Origin: Vicinamibacteria bacterium | GTDB taxonomy: Bacteria > Acidobacteriota > Vicinamibacteria > Vicinamibacterales > JAMQPK01 | Reading direction: 5' to 3' | DNA: 64,000 nt | NCBI GenBank assembly: GCA_031371345.1 | Contig: JANMJM010000127.1 | Coordinates: forward strand, 133-64,132 | In this document: positions 44,490 to 52,659 of the stretch, in pieces | Numbering within the stretch: the first letter of the stretch is position 1 | How the letters are laid out: each line of letters opens with the position of its first letter | Translations under genes and position numbers: made by a program | The notes under the pieces: model-generated | Databases searched by the model: none | Seen by the model: only the letters and a program-made list of their open reading frames with translations | Told to the model about the DNA's origin: nothing

Positions 44490-44999
44490 ATGATGCATGC
44501 CACGTTTACGACCAGTGAAGGAACGTTCAAGGTCCGTTTGTTCGATGCCGAAGTGCCGAACACGGTTGCCAATTTTGTTGGACTTGCCGAGGGCACGAAG
44601 GAGTTCAGCGATCCGAAGACCGGCCAGAAGAGCAAGCGCCCGTTCTTCAACGGTCTCAACTTTCACCGCGTGATCAAGGACTTCATGATTCAGGGCGGCT
44701 GCCCGCTCGGTACTGGAACAGGCGGGCCCGGCTACAAGTTCGCCGACGAGTTCAGCCCGAAACTGCGCCACACGAAGGCCGGGCTCCTGTCGATGGCCAA
44801 CTCGGGGCCGAATACGAACGGCAGTCAGTTCTTTGTGACGCTGGCGCCGACGCCGTGGCTCGACAACAAGCACAGCATTTTTGGCGAGGTTGTCGAGGGG
44901 ATGGACGTGGTCAGCAAGATCGGCTCGACGTCCACGGCCTCCGGGGACAGGCCTTTAAAGCCCATCACGATTCAGGACGTGAAAATTGAACGCACGTAG
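44490..44999 (+). CDS. Cyclophilin-type peptidyl-prolyl cis-trans isomerase
   Basis: The ORF runs 44352..44999 and the start [18 protein letters not shown] is at 44490. It contains [15 protein letters not shown] and [16 protein letters not shown]. Confidence 0.93.
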   Translation: MMHATFTTSEGTFKVRLFDAEVPNTVANFVGLAEGTKEFSDPKTGQKSKRPFFNGLNFHRVIKDFMIQGGCPLGTGTGGPGYKFADEFSPKLRHTKAGLLSMANSGPNTNGSQFFVTLAPTPWLDNKHSIFGEVVEGMDVVSKIGSTSTASGDRPLKPITIQDVKIERT

Positions 45000-45006
45000 G
45001 GTGAAC

Positions 45007-45072
45007 CTGAAATCTAGAATTTGAAATCTATAATCTAAAATTTTAGATTTCAAATTCTAGATTTTAGATTCA
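45007..45072. repeat. AT-rich hairpin of AGATTT/CTAGA words between convergent genes
   Basis: ctgaaatctagaatttgaaatctataatctaaaa | ttttagatttcaaattctagattttagattca. It has about 27 paired positions with a 7-nt bulge and runs into the stop of the minus-strand gene. Confidence 0.75.
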
Positions 45073-45606
45073 TTGATCCGGACGGCTGTACTGAATGGCC
45101 CATGCCTTGAGCGCCGGGCTGGTCAGGCCGAGTGCGGTGGCCTCCGCCGTCGCACGGTCCACGTCCCAGTGATCGACGGTCAGCCGCTTGATCAGCCACA
45201 TGGCCGCCGCGCGATTACCGCCGGCGCAATGAATGAACGCCGGCTCGGCGCCTTCCGACGTGATTGCCTTCACAAACTGATCGGCGGCTTTCACATCAGG
45301 TTTTGTGCCGTTGAATGGCACGTGAAAGTATCGAAGCCCCACCGCGCGCGCGGCCGCTTCTTCCTTCTCGATATCGGCGCCCGTTTCGCTCGCCTCGCGT
45401 AGGTTGATGATCGAGGTAAATCCCATCTTCTTGATCTCTGGCACAGCGTCGGCCGTAATCGCGCCAGCGCACGCGACCGTCGTCTCCAGACGAGCGAGAT
45501 TGCGGATGCCCTCGACGGTGTCTTTGGTCACTTGCTGAGCGCCCAGGGTCGCCGTGGCGGCGACTCCGGCGAGCCCGACAAGAATGAGAAGGAATGGATG
45601 GCGCAT
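45070..45606 (-). CDS. Secreted DUF442 / PTP-like phosphatase-fold protein
   Basis: 178 aa with a signal peptide and the cysteine P-loop-like motif FIHCAGGNRAAAMW. Confidence 0.7.
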   Translation of the reverse strand: MRHPFLLILVGLAGVAATATLGAQQVTKDTVEGIRNLARLETTVACAGAITADAVPEIKKMGFTSIINLREASETGADIEKEEAAARAVGLRYFHVPFNGTKPDVKAADQFVKAITSEGAEPAFIHCAGGNRAAAMWLIKRLTVDHWDVDRATAEATALGLTSPALKAWAIQYSRPDQ

Positions 45607-45615
45607 CGCCTTAGG

Positions 45616-46062
45616 CTACACGAATTCGGCCGCGGCGGGGTGATGACGGCAAATCTTTGCCGCAAGCGCCGGGGAATCTCTCAATAGAGAGAAATCGGCG
45701 AACTGAAACGCCGGCGACACCGTGCACCCAGCCAGCGTGTATCCGCCGCGCGATCGCGCCGCCTGCCAGTGATGGGCGGGTACGCAGTGCACCGGCTGCT
45801 GCATCTCCGACAACGGGCCGAGCACAAAGCGCCCCATCTCTTTGCCGTCGGGCGCCAATTGAAGCAGGTCGAGCGGCGCGCCCTCGTAGTGGTGCCAAAT
45901 TTCATCCGACGCCACCCGGTGCCATCGGCTCTTCTCCCCTGCCGGGAGCAGAAAATAAATTGTCGTCACAGCCGGCTTGCGGTAGACCTCCGCGTAGTAG
46001 CCCCCTTCAGGATGGGGCTGCAATCCAAGCGAGCGGATGAGGCTTTCGGCCCGCGCCTCCAT
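45616..46062 (-). CDS. Cupin (DUF985) protein
   Basis: 148 aa: LGLQPHPEGGYYAEVYR ... WHRVASDEIWHHYEG. Confidence 0.8.
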   Translation of the reverse strand: MEARAESLIRSLGLQPHPEGGYYAEVYRKPAVTTIYFLLPAGEKSRWHRVASDEIWHHYEGAPLDLLQLAPDGKEMGRFVLGPLSEMQQPVHCVPAHHWQAARSRGGYTLAGCTVSPAFQFADFSLLRDSPALAAKICRHHPAAAEFV

Positions 46063-46111
46063 TTTGTGTGGCAGAGCGTAAGCCGTCGGGCTTCAGACGA
46101 CAAGCTTTGTT

Positions 46112-47398
46112 ATGATGTCTCACTTTATGCCCGCATTCAGCCGGTTCGCCTCATCGGTCGGCGTGGAGTCGGCCTTCACCGTCTTGGCGGTTGCCAAGAA
46201 GCTCATGGCCGCCGGGAAGGACGTCATCGAGCTCGAGATCGGCGATAGCCCGTTCGCCTCGCCGCAGAAGGTCATCGATGCTGCCATCCAGGCCATCCGC
46301 GACGGCCACACGCGCTACGGACCGTCGCTTGGTATCCCCGAGTTTCGCAAGGCCGCAGCCGAGTACGTGAACCGCGAATACGGTTTGACGGTCACCGCCG
46401 AGCACGTGGTCGCCGGTCCGGGCGCGAAAAACTTCGAGCAGCTGTTCTGCGAGGCATTCCTGAATGCCGGCGACGGCGTGCTGGTCTTCAGCCCGCACTT
46501 CCCGACGTATCCGCCGAATATTTTCCGGCGCAATGCGCGGGTCGTCATCTCCCAACTCAAAGCGTCGCACGACTTCCGCCCGAGCCTCGACGATGTCCGC
46601 CGCTTTCTCAACGAGGACCAGTCGCCGCGCGCGATCTTTTTAAATAGCCCGCACAACCCGACAGGCGGCGTGGCGCTGTTCGAAGACTTGAAGGGGTTGG
46701 CCGATCTGGTTCGAGGACGCGAGGTCGCGGTGTTCAGCGACGAGCCCTACGATCGCATGGTCTGGCGCGGCCGGCATCATAGTCTGCTCGAGCTGCCAGG
46801 CATGCTCGAGCAGACGTTGGCGGCCTATACCTTCAGCAAGTCGTTCAGCATGAGCGGGTGGCGCCTCGGATTTGCCGTCAGCAGCCCCGCGATCATCGAT
46901 GTGTTCGGCAAGCTCACCAACAGCGCGCTTTCGTGCGTGCCGCCGTTTACGCAGATGGCGGGCGTGGCCGCCATGCGCGACGAGCTGCCCTACCGCAACG
47001 CGAAGATGCTGGAGTTTCAAAAGAAGGTCGAGCTGCTCGTGGCGGGATTGAACAAGATCGATGGCGTGTCGTGTCTGATGCCGGGCGGAACGTTTTACGT
47101 GTTTCCCTCGGTCGGGAAGGTGTGCAACCGCCTTGGGATCAGTTCGCAGGGGCTGGCGCTCTTCCTGCTGGAAGGGGCCGACGATCGGCGCGGCGTCGCC
47201 TGCCTGGGAGGCGAGGCGTTCGGCGATGCCGGAAAAGGCTTTCTGCGGTTAAGCTGCGCGCAGCCAGACGAACGGATTGCCGAAGCGGTCGTGTTCATGG
47301 CGCAGGCGTTCACGCGCAAGGATAGGGTCGACGCGTACCTGAAGACTCATCCCGATTATCGGCTCAGCGAGCAGTACGAGGAAATCACCTACGCCTGA
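46112..47398 (+). CDS. Class I/II pyridoxal-phosphate-dependent aminotransferase
   Basis: 428 aa. It has NSPHNPTGG and the PLP-lysine motif FSKSFSMSGWRLGF. Confidence 0.88.
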   Translation: MMSHFMPAFSRFASSVGVESAFTVLAVAKKLMAAGKDVIELEIGDSPFASPQKVIDAAIQAIRDGHTRYGPSLGIPEFRKAAAEYVNREYGLTVTAEHVVAGPGAKNFEQLFCEAFLNAGDGVLVFSPHFPTYPPNIFRRNARVVISQLKASHDFRPSLDDVRRFLNEDQSPRAIFLNSPHNPTGGVALFEDLKGLADLVRGREVAVFSDEPYDRMVWRGRHHSLLELPGMLEQTLAAYTFSKSFSMSGWRLGFAVSSPAIIDVFGKLTNSALSCVPPFTQMAGVAAMRDELPYRNAKMLEFQKKVELLVAGLNKIDGVSCLMPGGTFYVFPSVGKVCNRLGISSQGLALFLLEGADDRRGVACLGGEAFGDAGKGFLRLSCAQPDERIAEAVVFMAQAFTRKDRVDAYLKTHPDYRLSEQYEEITYA

Positions 47399-48528
47399 GC
47401 CGTCGGCGTCGTTCCGCTGACGCCGAGACGTTTCAGGGACGCTTCGAAGTTCGGTTTGTCGACCGACTTCGAGTAGGCCTCGTCGGGGGCCACGATCTTC
47501 TTGGCGACCAGATCGAGCAGCGCCTCGTTCAGCGACACCATACCCACGTTCTTTCCGACCTGCATCATCGACGGAATCTGAAACGTCTTGCCTTCGCGTA
47601 TCAGGTTGGCGATGGCGCTGGTCGCGATCAGCACTTCCAGCGCGGCGATGCGCCCGCCGCCGATCTTGCGGCACAGGGTCTGCGCGATGACGCCGCGGAG
47701 CGATTCCGACAGCATGACGCGAATCTGCGCCTGACGGTCGGCCGGGAACTGATCGATGATGCGGTCAATCGTCGACGCGGCCGTCGTCGTGTGCAGTGTC
47801 CCGAACACCAGGTGCCCCGTCTCGGCCGTCTCAATCGCGATGGCCACCGTTTCCAAATCGCGCAGCTCGCCCACCAGCACGATGTCCGGATCCTCGCGCA
47901 GTGCCGCGCGCAGCGCGGCCTTGAAGGACGTCGTGTGGGTACGAACCTCGCGCTGATTGATCAGGCACTTCTGATTGTCGTGCACGAACTCAATCGGATC
48001 TTCAATCGTGATGATGTGCTCGTCACGGTTCCGATTGATGTAATCGATCATTGCGCACAGCGTCGTCGACTTGCCCGATCCCGTCGGACCGGTCACCAGC
48101 ACAAGCCCTTTGTTGAGTTTGCACAGATTCAGAATGGCCGGGGAGAGGCCGAGCTTTTCGGCCGAGAGAATCTGTGTCGGGATCACGCGAAAGACCGCGC
48201 CTCGTCCTTTTCGATCCGCGTAGATGTTGGCGCGGAACCGCGCGAGGCCCGTAATCTCGTACGCGAAATCGGTGTCGTGGCGCTCGGCAAACTCCGCGCG
48301 GTTCGGCGGCGGCATGATCGGATCGAGTAGCCGCGCCAGAAAGTCGTCGGTCAACGCCGGCATATTCGGATCGAGCGGCTGCATGCGGCCGTCCTTCCGC
48401 ACGAGCGGCGGCGTGCCGACACAGAGGTGCAGGTCCGACGCGCCTCCGTTGACCATCGCGTGAAACAACTTATCAATCGTGTGACCGGTCGCGGGCGCGG
48501 TGCGTTCGGCCTCGGGGGCAAGAGTCAT
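47389..48528 (-). CDS. pilT: Type IV pilus retraction ATPase PilT
   Basis: 379 aa. It has GASDLHL, Walker A GPTGSGKSTT, HLVFGTLHT and the PilT signature AIANLIREGK. Confidence 0.92.
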   Translation of the reverse strand: MTLAPEAERTAPATGHTIDKLFHAMVNGGASDLHLCVGTPPLVRKDGRMQPLDPNMPALTDDFLARLLDPIMPPPNRAEFAERHDTDFAYEITGLARFRANIYADRKGRGAVFRVIPTQILSAEKLGLSPAILNLCKLNKGLVLVTGPTGSGKSTTLCAMIDYINRNRDEHIITIEDPIEFVHDNQKCLINQREVRTHTTSFKAALRAALREDPDIVLVGELRDLETVAIAIETAETGHLVFGTLHTTTAASTIDRIIDQFPADRQAQIRVMLSESLRGVIAQTLCRKIGGGRIAALEVLIATSAIANLIREGKTFQIPSMMQVGKNVGMVSLNEALLDLVAKKIVAPDEAYSKSVDKPNFEASLKRLGVSGTTPTAQA

Positions 48529-49025
48529 GGCTTGGTCGTCTCCTCCAGGAGCTCGATGACATGTCGGACGTTGACGAGAAATGTCAAACGGTCGCTCTCG
48601 AGATACATGAATCGCTCTGCCGCGCGGGCGAAATCGCTCAAGCGATCGTGTCCGTGCGGCCGATTCACGCTGACAGTTCCCTGCAACCGCACGCCGTCCG
48701 ATAGCAACATCGACACCTGGCGGCGGGTCGCCACGTTGTACCCGGGTTCGCTTTGCGCCTCGGCGCCGCTTTGGAGCTTGGCGACCACAACGTGTTCGCG
48801 GTTCACGAGAATGGTTCGAGATTTGCCGGCGCCGCCCACTTCAAAAGGGAAAAAGAGCGGTTCGGCGTTCAACACATCCTTGATACGCTCTGGGCCCGCG
48901 TGCGTGCCGGTGCTGCCGGCGAGAAAGAAGGATCCATGCACTAACGTGCCGTTCGACAGCGTCAGCGTCGCTTCTGTCTTCGCTTTTTCGACACGAAATT
49001 CGGATTGCGCGTGAGACTCCGGCAT
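48525..49025 (-). CDS. Hypothetical protein with an internal tandem duplication, translationally coupled to pilT
   Basis: The ORF runs 48525..49097 (TTG), and the likely ATG is 49025. The stop overlaps the pilT start (ATGA). Two ~65-aa halves share the pattern xLxLSxGxxxxGxxxx...R(I/L)xD....F....E....(I/F)LVNxxHV. Confidence 0.6.
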   Translation of the reverse strand: MPESHAQSEFRVEKAKTEATLTLSNGTLVHGSFFLAGSTGTHAGPERIKDVLNAEPLFFPFEVGGAGKSRTILVNREHVVVAKLQSGAEAQSEPGYNVATRRQVSMLLSDGVRLQGTVSVNRPHGHDRLSDFARAAERFMYLESDRLTFLVNVRHVIELLEETTKP

Positions 49026-49189
49026 CGGGGCAGACACGTTGGTGGGAGCTGAAGTGCAAGCCGATTGCCACGCATCGTCTGTGCAGGGAGACGTCAAACT
49101 GAGCGATTTTGGGCGAGAAAGCGGACCTCAGACCGGCCGGTAGCGCTGTGCGATGTCCCAACATCGCACACGCCGAACATTTTCGTCAG

Positions 49190-49275
49190 GGCTTGAAACT
49201 TGAAACTAGAAAGTGAGGCGGTGCTGGGCTTCGGGCCTGAAACCCAAAGCCCAGAGCCCGGACCTTTCTTTAAAT
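49190..49275 (-). terminator. Repeat-word hairpin downstream of the CBS gene
   Basis: CTGGGCTTCGGG (49224-35) pairs with CCCAAAGCCCAG (49243-54). The single mismatch is a G-U on the minus transcript only. It is flanked by CTTGAAACTTGAAACTAGAAAG (49192-49213), the reverse complement of the 41557-76 20-mer. Confidence 0.65.
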
Positions 49276-49695
49276 CTTTTCCTTCACGCCCTCAGAAATT
49301 CTTTCCAGGGTGTCGCCTGTGCGGCTGTCTTTGTTTTCTTTGACGGCAATGTCGCCAATCGACACGATACCGACAAGGATGCCGTTTTCGACCACCGGAA
49401 GCCGGCGAACTTGGTGCTCGCTCATCAGCTCGCTCGCCTCGCGCGTCGACATTTCAGGCGACGCGCAAATCACATCCATGCTGGCGATGTCGCGGACCGA
49501 GCCGGTGACCGAACCGCCCTGAGCGACGACGCGGACGACGATATCGCGATCGGTCACCATGGCGAGCACGCGGCCGTTATTCACGACCGGTACGGCGCCT
49601 GTGTCTTCGGCCTGCATGATGCGCGCGGCTGCCTGAACCGTATCGTCCGGCGACACTGTTCGTGGATTAGGGGTCATTACGTCGCGGATTTTCAT
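49270..49695 (-). CDS. CBS-pair domain protein
   Basis: 141 aa: MKIRDVMTPNPRTVSPDDTVQAAARIMQAEDTGAVPVV ... HQVRRLPVVENGILVGIVSIGD. Confidence 0.88.
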   Translation of the reverse strand: MKIRDVMTPNPRTVSPDDTVQAAARIMQAEDTGAVPVVNNGRVLAMVTDRDIVVRVVAQGGSVTGSVRDIASMDVICASPEMSTREASELMSEHQVRRLPVVENGILVGIVSIGDIAVKENKDSRTGDTLERISEGVKEKI

Positions 49696-49754
49696 AGTGC
49701 TGTTCCTCCGCTGGGTTCCTTACGCAAACGCCGCGCCGTAACGACGGAAGGCAT

Positions 49755-51893
49755 TCAGTACAGCATGTAAGCTGCAATGGTCCCGGTGCCCGACAACCCG
49801 ATGTATTGTTTGCCTCCCACCATATAGGTCATCGGCGTGGCGTTGGTCATCTGAGCCAGGTTTACGTTCCACAACGGTTTGCCGGTCTTCGCGTCGACGA
49901 CGAGCAAGCCGCCACCGCCGCCGAGGAACAACAGCCCTCCCGCGGTCGACAGGACACCCGAACGTCCGACCGGCGCTGGCATATCCCAGACTCTCTTGCC
50001 CGTGACTGGATCCATCGCACGAATGAAGCTGCCGGTCTTGTAACCCTTCAGCAATTCCGACAGGGCCTCGCGCGCCTTGTCGCTGGGCGTCCCGCGACCG
50101 AACCAGCGATTACCACTGGCGCCGAGCGGATCGTCGTGCGACGTGTATAGCGCACAGCTGTCGCTGACGCGCGTGTAGAACAGCTTCGTGATCGGGTTGT
50201 AGGACGCAGCCGGGAAATTCGCGCCGCCGCCGCCGCCGGGGCACGCCGCAATGCCTTCCTTCGTCGCGATCGATGCGGGATCGACGATGGGTTTGCCGCT
50301 CTTGTCGAACCCTTTCAGCCACGTCACTTTCGTCGACAGGTTTCCCGTCTGCAGCACCTCGCCGTTCGTGCGGTCGAGCACGTAGAACATGCCGTTCCGG
50401 TCACCATGCATCAACAGCTTGCGCGGACGGCCCTGCCAGTTCTCGTCAACGAGCAGCATGGGCTGCACCGCGTCCCAGTCGTGCGTATCGTGAGGCGTGA
50501 ACTGGTAGTACCACTTCAGCTCGCCGGTCTTGGCCGCGAGCGCGACGACGCTCGATGTATACAGGTTGTCGCCGATGCGCTCTTCACCGGCGATGTCGGG
50601 GCACGGGTTGCCGATCGCCCAGTAAATAAGGTCGAGCTGCGGATCGTACGACCCGGGCATCCATGTCGCTCCGCATCCATGCTCGAGCGCCTGCCCCACC
50701 CAGGTTTCCGATCCCTTCTCACCCCGTTTTGGAATCGAATACCAGCGCCACACGCGCTCGCCCGTCGATGCGCGATACGCGTCGAGGAATCCTCGCGCAC
50801 CTTCTTCGCCACCAGCGACGCCGACGACAACCAAGTCGCCCACAGGCAGCGGCGGCGACGTCGAGCTGTAGGACTCGGCGTGCGGTCCCATCTCGACGTC
50901 CCACAATTTTTGTCCCGTGAACCGGTTGAATCCGAGGACGTGCGCATGGTCGGTCACCATGAACACCTTGTCGCCATTGATCGATGCGCCACGGTTGGTG
51001 CCGATGCCGGCTTCGCTGACGATCCCCTCGTGTCGCGCACCATCGCTGTACGACCACAGCTGACGGCCGCTCGTCGCGTCGAGCGCGTAGATTTCGTTCC
51101 ACCCGGTGACATACATGATGCCGTCCTGCACCACGGGCGTCACTTGGAGCAGGCGCTGAGTATTCGGGATCGGAAAAACCCATGCGGCCCCGAGCCGCTG
51201 CACCGTCGTCGCGTTAATCAGCTCGAGGGGACTATAGCGATTGCCGTTGAGGAAACCGTCGTAGTGCGACCAATCGGCTTTCGGCGCGATCGGCTTCTCG
51301 CGGTACACGTCGCCCTCTCTTGAGAGCAGCACAAACCGATTATTTTCGAGCAGGACCGCAGACGTGTCGGAGTCCGCGAGCAAGATGCCTGTTCGCGACC
51401 GCCCGTCGGACATTTTGATCGTCGTCGGCGCATAGCTGCCGATGCCCGCGCTCGCGGCGCCTGGCATCGCCGCCGTCGGTGCGACAGCGGTCGCAGGATC
51501 CGGTGTTGACGCAACGGGCGCCGCCACGCCGCGTCCTCTGCCCCTCGCTGGTCCCGCCCCGCTCGCTCGGCTCCCCGTATACCCACCGGTCGCCATCGTC
51601 GGGTTGGTGCCCGCCAGCACCCGAATCTCGGCAAGAATCTGCCGCAGTTCCGACTCGGCGATCGTGAGGCTGTTGTGTTTTTGCGACACCGCAGCCCGCA
51701 CGTCGGCGTCTGTGTGATAACGGATGTAACTCAGGATGGACGGACCCGTGCCGCCTGTCAGGGCGGCACCGTGGCAACCAGCGCAGCGGCTTTGATAGGC
51801 CGCTGTACTTGTCGCCTGCTGTTGTGCCGTGGAGACGAGTGCGAGCACGACGACGCAGAAAAATATCGTGGCGGAAATGAAAGCGCGTCGCAT
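49755..51893 (-). CDS. PQQ-dependent dehydrogenase (beta-propeller) with an N-terminal c-type heme domain
   Basis: 712 aa. After the signal peptide come CAGCH (aa 37-41), a Gly/Ala/Pro linker, then a quinoprotein propeller (LQVTPVVQDGIMYVTGWNEIYALDATSGRQLW ... TPHDTHDWDAV ... GGLLFLGGGGGLLVVDAKTGKPLW). Confidence 0.85.
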   Translation of the reverse strand: MRRAFISATIFFCVVVLALVSTAQQQATSTAAYQSRCAGCHGAALTGGTGPSILSYIRYHTDADVRAAVSQKHNSLTIAESELRQILAEIRVLAGTNPTMATGGYTGSRASGAGPARGRGRGVAAPVASTPDPATAVAPTAAMPGAASAGIGSYAPTTIKMSDGRSRTGILLADSDTSAVLLENNRFVLLSREGDVYREKPIAPKADWSHYDGFLNGNRYSPLELINATTVQRLGAAWVFPIPNTQRLLQVTPVVQDGIMYVTGWNEIYALDATSGRQLWSYSDGARHEGIVSEAGIGTNRGASINGDKVFMVTDHAHVLGFNRFTGQKLWDVEMGPHAESYSSTSPPLPVGDLVVVGVAGGEEGARGFLDAYRASTGERVWRWYSIPKRGEKGSETWVGQALEHGCGATWMPGSYDPQLDLIYWAIGNPCPDIAGEERIGDNLYTSSVVALAAKTGELKWYYQFTPHDTHDWDAVQPMLLVDENWQGRPRKLLMHGDRNGMFYVLDRTNGEVLQTGNLSTKVTWLKGFDKSGKPIVDPASIATKEGIAACPGGGGGANFPAASYNPITKLFYTRVSDSCALYTSHDDPLGASGNRWFGRGTPSDKAREALSELLKGYKTGSFIRAMDPVTGKRVWDMPAPVGRSGVLSTAGGLLFLGGGGGLLVVDAKTGKPLWNVNLAQMTNATPMTYMVGGKQYIGLSGTGTIAAYMLY

Positions 51894-51959
51894 GAATCCT
51901 CCGTGCTACCGACAGGTTGGGCGGGAACGGGGAAAGTCTAGTCGAGAGCTACGCGCCCT

Positions 51960-52556
51960 TCAAACAGAAATGCCTGCCCGGATTCGCTCGTTGGCGAACC
52001 GGACGAACGCCTCGACATCGGTCTGCTGCCGTTCGAGCAGCCCGTCGATAGCGAGCATCGCAATCCCGTGAACCGTCGCCCAGACGAACTGCGCCAGTCG
52101 TAACGGGTTTTCGGCCCGCACTGATCCTTGTGTCTGTTGCGCGAGCAGCGCGTCGACGAGCGCCTGGAACGCGCCCGCGCCCTCCCGAGCGCGCTCGGAA
52201 TCGATGTTCGCTTCCACGTGGCCGCCGAACATGACGCGATAGTGCGACGGGTTGGCGACGGCGAACCGCACGTATGCCATCCCCATCTCCTCGAACGCTG
52301 AACCGCTCTGGCCGTGTCTGTGCCACGCCTCGATCAGCTCCACCCGCAACATACGAAAACCTTCAGTTGCCACGGCCGCGAGCAGCGCCGATTTGTCGGT
52401 GAAGTGCCGATAGAGCGCGGTTCGCGACACTCCGAGCCGCGCCCCGACGACCCGCAGGGTTAGCCCGTCGACGCCCTTTTTCTGGATAATGCGGACCGCC
52501 TCCTGGAGGAGGGCCCGGCGGAGGTCGCCGTGGTGGTACGCGTGTTTTCTGGCCAT
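51960..52556 (-). CDS. TetR/AcrR-family transcriptional regulator
   Basis: 198 aa. The HTH is GVDGLTLRVVGARLGVSRTALYRHFTDK. Confidence 0.9.
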   Translation of the reverse strand: MARKHAYHHGDLRRALLQEAVRIIQKKGVDGLTLRVVGARLGVSRTALYRHFTDKSALLAAVATEGFRMLRVELIEAWHRHGQSGSAFEEMGMAYVRFAVANPSHYRVMFGGHVEANIDSERAREGAGAFQALVDALLAQQTQGSVRAENPLRLAQFVWATVHGIAMLAIDGLLERQQTDVEAFVRFANERIRAGISV

Positions 52557-52576
52557 AAACAGATGGTAACCGGTCT

Positions 52577-52608
52577 ATGTTGACAATGTCAACATAAGGG
52601 ATTATCAT
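52577..52608. promoter_or_regulatory. Perfect 19-bp palindrome (TetR-operator candidate) overlapping a TTGACA-17-TATCAT promoter
   Basis: The palindrome is ATGTTGACA-A-TGTCAACAT (52577-52595). TTGACA (52580-85), a 17-nt spacer and TATCAT (52603-08) face the + gene. Further GTTGAC half-sites lie at 52618-52640. Confidence 0.6.
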
Positions 52609-52659
52609 CGCGCTCGTGATGTTGACGTTGTTGACATTGACTTCAACGAGGAGCGTATC

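Noticed and set aside
43426-44493. 355-aa plus-strand ORF opposite the LLM oxidoreductase
   Set aside because: It is antisense to a clearly recognisable luciferase-like monooxygenase and has Arg-rich nonsense composition.
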